DNA from: Perna viridis
Taxonomy: Eukaryota
Reading direction: 5' to 3'
Assembly: GCA_037379345.1 (NCBI GenBank)
Contig: CM074518.1
Span: 682,001 to 746,000 of the forward strand
Length of the DNA stretch: 64,000 nucleotides
Shown here: one piece after another, positions 50,721 to 64,000 of the stretch
Layout: each line of letters starts with the position of its first letter
Position numbering within the stretch: the first letter of the stretch is position 1
Notes under the pieces: model-generated
Told to the model about the DNA's origin: nothing
Databases searched by the model: none
Seen by the model: only the letters and a program-made list of their open reading frames with translations
Program-made: the position numbers and the translations under genes

Positions 50721-53700
50721 GATAAAGTCAAACAGAGACTGTGATTATGGATCAGTGTCTATTTTAATACTTTTGTCATGAATTCTGTAAATGTTTATTT
50801 GCATTTTACAGTGATATTAAGCTTGTATAACACAAGTTAGGAGAAACAACATTAAAATATTTAATTGGTCCAATGAGATGTACAAATTACATTGTTATCA
50901 TGTATAACAACTGTTCAAGCTTAAACAAATTCTGTAATATTGTTTTTGGCTTTGATGTGTATTCAGGGATGATACACCATAATAACAGGATCAATATATA
51001 CCTTCAACTATAACAATTTCATGGTGTCTTACAGAGAATAATAGGATTTAAGGGAAAAAAAACAAGGAAAATATTGCTTCATTATCCAAATATTTTATTA
51101 ATCAAAGGACTTTTATTCTGTTTTCAACCTAATTTAGATGTTTTGATAGTGGAAATCAATTTTGGAGTTTTGCAATGATGATACCAAACTAATGACTGCC
51201 ATCAAACTTTAAAACTTGTCTTGGGCTCAAATAAATATTAACAGCAAAGAACTCAAGTTTACTTGGTGAACATTAAAATGAGTCAAAGATGCCGTAGCAA
51301 ATCAAATTAGCTGATGGTATATATCAAAATTATTCTGATGATGAGGATCAGAGTTTTCTTGTCATTAAAACCCAGGAAAAGTCCTTGAAAATTGATTTAT
51401 TTACATGTGATTGAGAATTATGTAATATAATGTCATCCTCCACTCTATCAGAATCTACTGAGGCAATCTAATTGCTGCAGGCTCAGCAAGTTTAATCACT
51501 CTTCTTTGAATCAGACTTGAGCTTAATTTTTTCAGGTACTGAGAAATATAATGTATTAGCATCGTAATTTTTATGTGACGTTTTCTAGTGCTGTTTCAGT
51601 TGTGTCTCCTTGCAGTCCTGTTGGTTGTCATAATTACCATAGAGATGGACCTATATTGGATTAGCACATTCATGAAAATCACAAGTTTATCATACTCTAA
51701 AAAGTTGATTAATTTTGACATAATTTTTGCTTTCTGCCAACTTTTGGCTTGATTAAGGTCTGTTTTCACTGTACTTAAGTTCTTACATAAAGATTAATGC
51801 TAAAGACAATGTCTGTCCGTAAGGTTGGCACAAAGGTTAGAGGTCAATTGTGATCTTATTACTACAAGTCTGAGTCCCTGTGATTCCACTTAAGTACAGT
51901 CCATCTTTACAGCTCTTACAAGCATCACTTCTATTCAACTTTGTTTCCTTAGAATAGGCCTGACATACAATCATGTTGGACAAGAATTCTACTTTGATCA
52001 GTGACCAAGATCAATTCAGCAATACCGTCACATGAACATCGATTGTAGAGATACGAGGTATTCCGTCAGGGAGATTACAAGTTTAATACCAAGCAAATCA
52101 ACTGTATCAATTTTCTTTCTACAGTAAATTGGTGTAATTTGAGGAAAATGTTATTTTCTTTATTTAATTATGTGTAGCATCAGAGTCTTATGAAAGGGGC
52201 GAGATATCAACTAAGACCGATTTGAGGTATAATTGTTTTTTCAAAGTTACTGAACTACTCAAATAATATTTATTTAAATTACATCTGAAGAATACACATT
52301 CACATAGCATCAAAGCATTTAACCAATTCTAAATAATATAATGCTGAAATATAGAAGAAAAAAATTAATTTGCAAGTTTTTGCTAGCAATTACATGTATA
52401 TACTAAACAACATTTACTCTTTCATTTGAACTTTGAGTTCAAATTTCTGGTTAAGTTAAGATATTTGACCTAACAGCATCAGAACAATTTGAAACTTTTT
52501 ACTATATATTTCACAGCACAATTACTGCTTAGTATTTCAAGATAATTCAAAAACAAGAAAGCAAGTAATTGCTAAAGTTACTAATGTTAAGTCAGAAAAT
52601 TGTCATAATTATCAACCTGAGAATGGAATCATGTTCAGAATCTGATTCCGGAGAGGAAACTATTAACAATGAATAAGAACCATATCTCCAATATATTTTT
52701 CTACAATAATTGACACAAAATTTGTCATAAAAAGGAAAACTTCCTGCAATTTCGAGGAAAAAAGGAGTTAATTTCTTTTCATTTTCCTGTTTCAAGAGAT
52801 CCAATGTTAGAAAAAATTTCATTAAATTACATTCCAACAGATAAGCTCAGACATGTTGCTCCCTTTTTTTTTCAATGTGACCTGAGACTATTGTAATTCG
52901 ACTCATATTTTCTAATTGCCCAGAAATGTACACCCTAAGAAATTAATTTTCTTATGCAAAAAAAACGACTGATAAAACAAAATGTTCTTTTGATCATTTT
53001 GTTCTTGCACTTTTATAAGGATACAAATGAGTTTATAATAAGACTGGGTAACAATTATTTTATCTACTAAAATGGTCAGTTACTGCTATTACTCTTGATA
53101 TAGAATGACCTTTCAACAAAAAGAGGACAACTTACCATTGTTGTGATACTTATATAGTTAAATGTACCACAACAAATCAAAGGTTTTTATGGACTTTCTG
53201 ATACAATAAAATGAATTTTATTTAGATTCATACGTAACTTAGGTTAAAACCAAGTTTTCTGACAAACTACTTTAAAATTTTCCAAAATGGTTTTTAATAG
53301 TTTTATCAAGAATATTTAATGGCTAATTCTTTAGACCACCAGTTTCTTTTTCTTGTTAGTTTAAGCATTAAAAGATCAAACAAGTCTTAATATGAAGGTT
53401 TAACATTAATCTGTACAAATATTCCAACAACATTTTCTCCTGTTTTTTACACTTTCTTTACAATTTTTGTGTTTCTATTAAGTTCAATTTTACAAAAAAA
53501 AACTTCTTGTTTACAGCAAAACAACAAAACTTCTTGTTTACTAACAGCAAAACAACAAAACTGTCATTTTTTTCTCTTCACATCAAAACTATTATAAAAA
53601 TAAATGTTGTTATTATTTATGATTCCAACCTGTCATTCTAACCTGGTGCTCACCTTACAAACCACCTATGTAGTTAAGGTCATGGCTGGACAGTAAAGGC

Positions 53701-54890
53701 CAAAATGAAATAATTGTTTGTTTCTGTTTTCCAGACCATACCTACTAACCTTAGTTATTGCTGCACACATTTTATCAAAACCCTATTACCATAAACTATA
53801 ACATTAGTCCAATGCAATTATCATTTATCACAAATGCTTACAAAAAATGCTTGATATAAATCAGAGTTGTAATAAGTAGAAAACACACATATACTTTATT
53901 TTGGCCTGATAGTGTTACATGAGACAGATGATCAACACTGGTTGACCAGTCTCTGACCACCATCTTATATTAAAAATTGGGGTCATGAAATGCAGTACAT
54001 GACCTTTACACTCTATTGTAGACCTGCAAGGTGACATCATAACTTCCAAAATAACTGCTCCCAATTTCACCATGTAGTTCAGTTTGGTGAAGAACATAGT
54101 TTTTAATTAGTGTAATATAGAAAACAAATGCATCATATACTTTTAAAAAGTAGGTATTGTTGTGTGTAGTTTTTGGATTTTGAGAGTTTTCTTAAAATAC
54201 AGAAGAAAATCTGCATATTTTTCAAATGCAACGTTTAAGAAGTATACCAATGAGATGACATTGGAGTGATTATAGTATTAGTAAAGTTGTACTATATAAA
54301 TTGTTGCTTTGTTATGGTAAGGTATGTCACTGTACAATGTGTACCATATAATTTCATGGAAATTGTAAATATTTATAGGTAAACCTTCTAGTTAAATTTT
54401 TATCCTTTTCTAAAGAGAAATAAATCAACATAGGACAGAAGTCCTGAGCATTGTTTGTATGTCTACCATATAATTACAACTCAATTCTATACATACTGAA
54501 AATTAAATAAGAAGAAAATTCCATCTATTTCTAACAAAGCTGATGTTTGTACGTGTATATGAAATGATAAAGGGTGTTCATCAACAGTCAAATTTTTAGA
54601 AAAGAGCACGTATATTTTTCGAATAGCTACCAAAACATCTATTCAAATCTCAAATTATAGGGTATTTTCTTGGTCTAATGCCTCTGAACAATCTTGTCAT
54701 CTCTCCCATGTTATTATAAATTAGAAAGTGATAATAACTTTTATTTATAGAAGTGACCAAGGAACAAAGTAAGATGGTAGCTTCGGGGTTAACTTTGGCT
54801 CCACCCATTCTCCATAAAGAGAAATCCAATAAGAACCAGCCTATGGCCATTTGTCCCTTATTTCATAATGTTTACCCTTAAGGGTATTAA

Positions 54891-55119
54891 AGAGTAATCA
54901 AGGGAACCAAGGTTATAGCGGTAATCAAAAGAATGTAATCCAGGGACAAAGACCAAACATGGAAAACAGACATACACAACAAAGAACATAAAGTAACTAA
55001 ATTCATACATACAAAGTAACAAAAGAAAATGAGCAACTCGGACTCCACTAAAAACTGGGAGCATGGACCAGGTGCACCAGTAGGGTAAGTGTCCTCTGCT
55101 TTTCTAGAAACACCCACCG
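54891..55119 (-). mobile_element. 3' terminal fragment of the Penelope-like family
   Basis: Reverse complement of ~62170-62390, with the same 3' terminus (..TTGATTACTCT). Confidence 0.8.
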
Positions 55120-58100
55120 TTCATTAAAGTTCACATTTATTTTTTTATCATTGGATTAATTGGTGAAATCAATGACAGTGTATTGAATTATTTCCCAATA
55201 CATCTTTAAAATAGTAGTCTCAACATTAGGCATAAATTGTTATCAAAGAAAAAATCCATATAAAACAATAAATTCTATATTTCCTTCCTGTACCAAGAAT
55301 TTCCCTTTTTTTGGAAATGTTTGATATCTATCATCAAATCATATATCAGTGCAAAACAGAAGACAGATATCATAATGCCTTATTAGCTGTTTCTTTTTTA
55401 GGTAGAAACTCAGAGATTTTAAATATTACATTTCAAAGGAAATAGCTTGTGTCTTGCGGATCTGATCTTATTACAAACATTTCTCTGTGATCACAGGAAA
55501 AACATTATAATAGCATAACGAAATAATTTGAACTCCATAACCATAAAACACATTATCTGATTGGCTTAGAGCTATAGGGACAGAATAGTATGTGTCATAT
55601 GCCCTGACCATATGGAAAACTGCTGAAGCCTAACTAGATATGGATCAATTTCCATCTTTATATGTTTTAAAGTCAAGTACTAATTTCAACTTGGATTTAT
55701 TTCATGTTCATGACAGAACACTTAGAAGATTATTCATCTACAGATACAAAATTATTTTAATCGGTTATGTTATAAACAACAACAAAATTGCTTGAAGCAT
55801 TATATTTAAAATTGTAGCATTTATTTCCATGGACTTCAATTTTATAGCATGAAATTTTATATGTTCTATAAAGTTATATCAGTAATTGTTGTGCATGCAG
55901 TTGTTGGGAGTTCAGTTTATGGCTTTATATTGTGTTTACCATAGCAGTAAGGACATTTACTATGATTTATGTGGGAAAATCATTCATGATTCATTTGTGG
56001 CATGAAAATTAAGAATTCATCTGTAACAGAATATAATGTTTCTGTGCAGCCTTGCATATTTCTTCTCAATTTTTTTAATACTTTTCATCCTCAACAAATT
56101 TTACTGATAAAGATCCAACATCTTGATGGAATGACAGTCAAAATTGATCATATGACCAAAACTGATAATTCATGTGTTGGACATCAAAAGAAAAAAAAAT
56201 CATTTTGTGGCTATATTACTTCAGAACTGTAATCATTGCTAGACATCACTGCTTATCACTTATAACAGTCCTACAAATGGCTTGTTTATACATGCATCTA
56301 ACTGTTTATTGCCACAGGAACTAATCACTGTCCAACCATTGTCTACCAGCTGTCCTAACTAAGACTATTGTCAGAACATCAACAAAGCATGGATGTCTGT
56401 CAAACCCATGGACCAAATGACAATGTGTTGGAGATGTTTACTTATGCTATTTAAAGCTCTGCTTGATTAAACATAGTGGTCACTCAGATAGCTATCAGAG
56501 TCATTTGGTCAGCTGCTAATTTTTTAGGTCCCTATTTGAAATGTATTTGTCAATACTGGCTTGATTCTGATGGATATCAAACATGTGCCATTGGATTTGT
56601 AATTAATGACAAATGCCAATGAAGAATTATTGCCTATTTCAGAGCTCTCCAGTAAATTCAATTAAAATTTGTGTTCTTTATTTTTAAAAGAAAAATGATG
56701 AGATCGTCAGTTCAAATTTATCATTCCTTCCAGACAAAGAGGTCCAATAAACACAAAGTTTTCCAGTTATAATAGTGAAGGAAAACAATGATTTATAGAA
56801 CGCTCCATTGATACTAGGAAAAGCACTATATATATTGTATGAAGTTTTAAAAGAACAAATTATTATCTGAAAGGCATGCAGAGGAATAATAAGAAACTTG
56901 TTTAAAGTTTACTTTGTCTTACAGAAATACCAGAATTAAAACACCATATTATAGTAGTAATGACCCTTATAAATGTGTACACTGACATTTAAACTATCTG
57001 ACATATATGAAAATTCTTGCTCCAAAGATTGTCATTTAGAAGTGATGGATACAGAAAGTCATCGGTTTCCACTTATAATCTTGGAATGACTTAGATATTA
57101 TCGATCTTTTCTAACTTTACATATTGTAAATATTTCTTTCTCAACTTGGAACACAAAACATAATGCATATTTGAAAATATTTTTCGCTATTTGCTTGGAA
57201 CAGAACATATCAATATATTCTCAAATGGGTGATAAAAATCAACAAAGAGCAAATGGGATGCAATTTAGCTTCAAAAACCTATTCATCTAAACTACATTGA
57301 AAATATGTAAACGTCAAATTCCTTAATGGGTTTTCCGATGGAGATTTCTACCTAACATGGTAGTTATAAATCATACAGTCTACTGCTATCTAATGATAAT
57401 TTTTTTTTAAATTTGTTTTCACTTAAGAAATAGCAATGAAAATTTCCAAACAAGATGCTGACTATGACAACAGAAATGCCTTTTAGTTACATAATACAAA
57501 TAGCTCAGTCCTCAGTACCCCTAAGATTACTATCTGATACCATGTAGCCAGAAATCTCCCTGAACAGTTGTCATTCCTTTATTTTATCATTAACTATCAC
57601 CATAGAATCAGTTTGACTGTACAGAACATGATAGAATAAACCACATCTAAAAGGAATGTACCATACTGACATGTAGAAACATGTACCAAGATAGACAACA
57701 GACAGACAGACCTACTTTGCTATAGGGATAGATGTTAGGCTTCCTACTAAAGTTAATTAAGTTTTCTATCAAAAACCATAGACCTCATTATTCTTTGTAC
57801 TGGGCCAGATTTGTCTATTTCATATTTTAAGCTAGGTCATCCTAAATGTGGAAAAAAAGGAAATGTGAATATAATTGGTCATAAATGATTTTATAGAAAG
57901 CGAATTAGTGACATCAATCAACAGAATTCTATATACTCCATTCCCTGTCCAGAAATAATTGCCTTTAATTCCTCTATTCTTCTCCCCTGCGCATTGTTAA
58001 TTCAACTACCAATACTCCATTTAAAGCCTCCTATTTCTGATCAGCATCAAAAACATACCCTATGGTTTCTGTATTTATCTGAGATGATTAAATCCTTTGG

Positions 58101-59226
58101 TAGCTACAGAGAAAATCTATGGACAGAGGAAGAAATCTTTGTGTTGTTATAAATGGTAAATAAGTTATGTTGACATATCTTACAGAATGTCTTAAGTTTA
58201 ATATGAATCAGCCAATTTATCCAATACATATAAGTCATTACATTTCTTACATTCAATCCTCTCCTACAAGACAATAGTTAATTGGCCCATGATTTTAGAC
58301 TTTTTTCTTTTGAGTCACTTTACATCCATAAAAAGGATCAGCTCTTTAACTTTTGATTTACTCAGTCTGACAAATTCCTTTTATCAAATATTTACTTTGC
58401 TTGTCTCCTGTCTATGAAGCTGTGTACTTTTCTAATTTCTGTTGCACAATCCAATAAATATTCTGTTTGGAATTCAACAATGGATTTCTAAGTTTCCTAA
58501 ATTAGACCGTAGAGTCCTTACTATTCAATGTTGTTTATTGATTCAACATGATCGTCCAATTAGGTTTAATTAATTCAATTTATGCAAATTACAGTTTCAC
58601 AAATGCCCTGTTATAAACTGCGATAGTTTAAACAAAGTTTCTGTAATTTTAGAAGCAGCTGATTGACTGGGGGCAAACAAAAGTTATCAATTTCCCAATT
58701 GTGTAAATTAGATCCATTTTAATCAAACTATTCCTTGACCATGGGTGTAAATTTGTACGGATATATTTAAACTCATTCCTGATAATTGCAGTGTTTATCA
58801 AATCCCTAAATAAACACTGATCATCATATCCAAAATTTCATTAAAAATAGAATATTAATAAATTTGATCTTCAACTGTTAAAGTCAGAGCAACAAAGGAG
58901 CACATGCTTTGGAGACATTGTTTTAATCATCATAAAAAAAATCATTCACTGACTTGAGATGGAAATACCATAACTTACTAATCACTGTTGGAATAAAACT
59001 TCAATGGTAATTAACTGATGACCCATCATTAAACTCTAAGGCCGGACATCAAATGACAATAGTAGCTTCCTAGGAAATCATTGGGTCTTTCTTATAATCA
59101 CAGCTCAGCATCAAGTTCTAAATAATCAGACAAACAGTAGGTACACAACCAAAGCCTATTATTTGGTCCTGTCTGTAGGCAACAATCAGATCTGCTCCAC
59201 AGATGACGCATAAATATTATTTCTCA

Positions 59227-59365
59227 AAGACTCATGAAAGGACATGTTTGGTTGTAAAACCAAAACTCATGAAAGACATGTTTGTTTGTAAAACCAAGAC
59301 TTGTGAAAGGACATGTTTGGTTGTAAAACCAAGACTCATTAAAGAACATGTTTGGTTGTAAAACA
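59227..59365. repeat. ~35 bp tandem repeat x4
   Basis: AAGACTCATGAAAGGACATGTTTGGTTGTAAAACC units. Confidence 0.85.
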
Positions 59366-61665
59366 AATTAGTTCTTTAAGCTCAAACAGAGATTCAGAGA
59401 TAGAAGCATTAAATGGGTCCTAATTTTAATTCATTTTATAACAACAAAATACTATTGTGATTTTCTTTTTAGTCTTCATTTGTCTCAGTCTGGTTATCAT
59501 TTAACTGCAGACCATTCAAAAGCATTAATAATTTCATACAATATGGATATACATATGCATTTTAACCCTTTGACCTTGGGAAGGACAAATGTATCCATTG
59601 TTAGTAGGCCATGGGAAGGACACATGTGTCCAATGTTGGTAGGCTGTGGGAAGGCACATATGTCCAAATTATTCGAATTTAAAATGTTTAAGTCAAAACT
59701 GTTTTTTTCTTGAATAAGCTGTTTTATATTTAAGTCCTTGTTTTTGTTTCTCTATGGTAAACCCATCCCTCTAGTCATTGATTGTTAAATCCACAGCCTA
59801 GAGCTACATAAATATATTAATACAGTCAAACTAAGTTTACAAAAGAGAATAAAATCTATTAATCAACACAAGATAAGATCTATTCCAGGGATTAACAAAA
59901 ACACAAACAATTCTCTTCATAAGGACATAAGAAAACTAATATCAAACTATTCCATAGTAAACTGTGATTAAATGTAACTATATCCAGGATGAAAGTGACT
60001 TTATCAGACTTAGGATGAAAATCTCTTCTAGATGATTCAGTTAAATCTATCTATACAGAAGTTGTCAATTCTTAGAAATATCTACCAGGGCTAGAAAGGT
60101 CAGAAAATACAGGAAAAATTGTCAACAAGTTTCCTGCCAATATTGATTTGCCTAACAATGACATGCAAAAATAAAGCAATAAATAAGTTTATTCAGATCT
60201 GACCTACACCATGTCTTAGTAGAGAATACATACAGACCAAACCAGAAAGATGAATGCTGGTTTTTAAACTGATGGTACCTAAGGTTAAATATTATAAAAC
60301 CGCAAAATAGAACATGTGTTACCATGAAATCCGATTAAATAAAATTTTGATAATCTTTTACACAACAGGACAGCTGACTCTGGTTAGAGTTCAGACCAAA
60401 TAGAACATTGTCTCGCCTCTACAGGCAACAGCAGGAAACTAACTACTCACCTATTATCAAATTTTAAACACATTCAAGGCAGAATAGCTTTTAACAATAG
60501 CAATGCAAACTAAAGATGGTAATGCACTCTCTCACAAAAGAAGTACATGTTATGGTACAAATTACATAATTATATTCCAATTTGTTGAGAAAACATGGTG
60601 CACTTAACACAACAGATTGTACAGATCTGTTGCTTTTGAAATTTTTACTACCTCTTAGTTCAAAAAGCTTAACACATAGTCTAAGGACTAAGGAGAACGT
60701 GGAGGGAGGGTCAACAGAAAGATGTGGGGGAAAAGGGAGGCAACTGAGGAGGCAATATTTATCAGCAATACCTCTGATATAGGTGCAAATAGAAACATGT
60801 ATATAAGGACACAGATATAAAATAGGATCCCAATTTTTTGATAATTCATTGATTACATAAAAAATGATTGACTCAACTGACTTCTTGTACTCATTTATTA
60901 AAATAAAACATTATTTAATGTGTCATTGCAGAGGAGATCTAACATGCTCTTACAAAGGAAAGCCCAAGAGGAATAGCCATTGCATTCTCTCTAACCATAG
61001 ATTACAATGATTTGTTTTATCAAGGAAATTGTTTCCAACCAGTAACTCCCAAAATGGGATAATCTTCAACTCTGGCATGTGAAAATTTCTGATAAAATAA
61101 AATTCCTGGACATTCCAGAACACAATATTGTCCAAATTCAATAATATATGCTCTAATCTGATGTTCTGCCAAGATTGTTGTCCCATGAGGTCTTCCCCTA
61201 GGTCCCTAATACCCCTATCATGGCAGTTAATATATCAGTCATACAACATCAATTAAAAGTGACTCATTTAATATAAAAAAGTTTGGAATTCTGTTCTTGG
61301 TCAAAACCATAAATAAAATTCCATAAATAAATAAAAGGAGAACAATAATTAGTACTTAAAGCCAGTAATTTGCCTGGGTTTAAGACAATCTCTTGGTATA
61401 AACATCAAGGTAGCAGTAATAGAATTTGACAGTAATAGAATTATGTTGCGAAGTTTTGACGATCTTTATTGTATTACTACAACAAAAGACTAGCCGGTCT
61501 GTCTTATGGCTGAGTTACAATAATCGCTAGATTGGTTGGATGTTCTGCTTACTTTCCATTACATAACATTAAAAAGTCTTTTATTTTCTGCCTGAGGTGT
61601 TTATATGTAACAATAGATAATACTAAGGTCAAGGTTAAATTATACACTAAAAGTGTTGTATGGTA

Positions 61666-62390
61666 AATAACTTTTCTTCTAATTTTGAGGACTTGATACA
61701 TCGCATCTACCCCAAAGAACTTGAAAGTTTTGAACTTTAAAGGATACTACATTGTGAGGTCAGCCTCATATCTTGACCTTCACTTAGAAATCGATGGTAA
61801 AGGAAAACTATTGACCAAACTTTACGACAAACGTGATGACTTTTCATTCAAAATTGACAACTTTCCTTTCATCTGTGGCAACATCCCTTCAGCACCTGCT
61901 TATGGAGTATTCATATCACAACTCATACGTTATGCTAGAGCTTGCTGAGACTATGCAGACTTATCGTATCACGCTAGAATTCTAACAAATAGGATTCTGG
62001 AACAGGGTTATGTTGCTACAAGATTGAAGTCATCACTACAAAAGTTTTATGGTCACCAACATGAAATCGTGGATCATTACGGTGTATCCATCTGTGCCAT
62101 GAAAACTGATTGGTTCAATGTGTCATACCTCTTTCGTCTACCCAGGACTTGACTTTTTATGAGCAACTCAGCAGGTGTTTCTAGAAAAGCAGAGGACACT
62201 TACCCTACCGGTGCACTTGGTCCATGCTCCCAGTTTTTAGTGGAGTCCGAATTGCTCATTGCTGTTGTTACTTTGTATGTATGATTTTAGTTACTTTATG
62301 TTCTTTGTTTTGTATGTCGGTTTTCCATGTCCGGTCTTTGTACCTGGATTACATTCTTTTCGCTATAACCTTTGTTCCCTTGATTACTCT
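61666..62390 (+). mobile_element. 5'-truncated, decayed Penelope-like retroelement (RT thumb/C-terminal region plus 3'UTR)
   Basis: HRIYPKELE..SASYLDLHLEIDGKGKLLTKLYDKRDDFSFKIDNFPFICGNIPSAPAYGVFISQLIRYARAC*DYADLSYHARILTNRILEQGYVATRLKSSLQKFYG. Has a frameshift and an internal stop. Three other copies of its 3' end are in the window. Clade assignment is from recalled motifs. Confidence 0.8.
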
Positions 62391-63734
62391 TTCTATCTAG
62401 GGTTCTTTGACAAGTACCTGTCATTCCTTCAGTATGGACTACTTCAGGACCATAACTTGACAAACTGACAGAAAACAAATCCTGTGTATGGTAAGCCTGT
62501 TGATAAGTACAGGTAGATACAGGTGCGTTTGAATGATCATCAATCTATATTTAAAACACTGATACAGTAGGCAGATCAAAGCGCAAATAAATCCAGGAAT
62601 TATGCATGCTTCCAAATATTTCATTCTAAGTCTCCATCAACCATTAGTAAATAAAAACATTTAGTTTACTTATTACAAGACATTCTTAGCAGATTGATCA
62701 AAATAAGTAATCCTTATGTATATTGAGAAATCATTGCTGCAATTGGAATGGAGCAATCTTTGATCTGTTTATAAACATTAAAGAAGTAAAGATCTAAATA
62801 GGTTAGTGACACATTACTTGCCTGACTAAAAACAGGTTTATAGCATAGTAACATGTATGTACCAGATAAACTCAAGAACATAAAAATCATTTAAATGTGA
62901 CTTTGAATGATAAGCAGTAAGTGGAATATCCTAATCTACTCTCTAATGAAACCAATCATAAATCAATGATTCATTTTTCAAAATTGCATGACATATTTTA
63001 GCATCAGCTGTTGATAAGAAAATGAACAATTTTTAATCACCATTACACATGCTAAAACTGGTTCCCAGAATCAAACATTGCCAGCCAAAGATGATTTTTA
63101 GTCTAGACTGTTTTAAGAACCTTAATAGGGGACAGAGAAATATATATGTACAGAAATCAGAAGAAAAAACCTTGAATGCCTAATAGCAAGAAGTCAAGGC
63201 ATAAAATACTGTAAATGTACTTAATTGACAGGTATTCGAACATTTCCCAAGAATTTGAGTTTGTGTTATGTTGAAAGTTACCATATGCCTAATTAATGTA
63301 CATATTTTTGAATAATAACTGATCACTGGATTCATGAAAATAAGTGTGATAACAGTATGTTGTAATATAAATATTCATGAATATTCAAAGATATAAAGCC
63401 TTAATCACCTTAAGGGAAGTGAATTTAATTAAACAAAACAATAATATATACACCCAAGCTATTCTTATACTCATCAAAATTTAATTTGAAATTCCATTAG
63501 CAAAATTAAAATATCATTTCCCTGATGCCGATGACAGAGATCACAATTAGTTATCTTGTAATAGAAATGGTCAATACGTAACAACTTTAATCATAAGAAA
63601 ATTAATTACTTAAAGAAGTTTTACAAAAGTAAATAGTATGAAATAGCATTAAATAATGTATAATAATTGCAGAAAATTACCACTTATTTTGACTGTTCTT
63701 ACCATTATACATTAACATTATAACTCCAGTATAA

Positions 63735-64000
63735 ATTAGGGGAGCACTTGACCCTAAAAATAAGTCTCTGTACTTTACAAATCAAGGGAGCACTTGATTC
63801 TTCAGAGTCAGGGAGCAATCATCCCTTGTACTTCTTAAATCCAGGGAGTGCTTGACTCTATTACAAAACCAAAGGAGGGCTTGACTCTACTATCACAAAT
63901 TCAGGTAGGGCTTGACTCTTAGCCCGTGACTCTACTATCACAAATTCAGGTAAGTCTTGACTCTGAGCATATGACTCTACTATCACAAATTCAGGAAAGG
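63735..64000. repeat. Degenerate tandem repeat running off the window end
   Basis: GGGAGCACTTGA.. and TGACTCTACTATCACAAATTCAGG units. Confidence 0.75.

Noticed and set aside
41913-61186. Short 60-81 aa ORFs in the distal region
   Set aside because: Lengths expected by chance; no motifs or consistent splice signals. Some derive from repeats.
61946-61948. In-frame TGA in the Penelope-like ORF as selenocysteine (some PLE clades encode Sec)
   Set aside because: The copy is truncated and frameshifted, CGA>TGA decay is the simpler explanation, and I see no SECIS. A family consensus would settle it.

Overview
AT-rich eukaryotic (animal) genomic DNA. The repeat families look like those of bivalve molluscs, which is an inference from recalled motifs. 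The first 34 kb hold a tandem, same-strand cluster of three DC-STAMP-domain genes of the DCST1/DCST2-sneaky-SPE-42/49 family (multi-pass membrane, C-terminal C4C4 RING; gamete/cell-fusion factors). Gene A is present only as its last exon (1-660). Gene B has 3 coding exons (14252-15202, 16259-16875, 17263-18547; 950 aa). Gene C has 3 coding exons (27837-28544, 28908-29005, 32708-33944; 680 aa) with the same intron positions and phases as B. Gene B is unusual. It has an N-terminal SH3 domain and a 173-aa ectodomain expansion: amphipathic 11-mer repeats, then a partly S/T-rich segment bracketed by two furin-type sites. The cluster is packed with independent minisatellites, one of them built from splice-site consensus. 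The window also holds MITEs, Helentron-type elements, Penelope-like RT remnants and a full-length TSD-flanked short retroposon with a structured 5' RNA head. From 35 to 64 kb I see no credible long ORF. A signal-peptide-like first exon at 38194-38287 suggests the rest is one large intron. There is one 160-N assembly gap. All calls are by eye; no searches were run.
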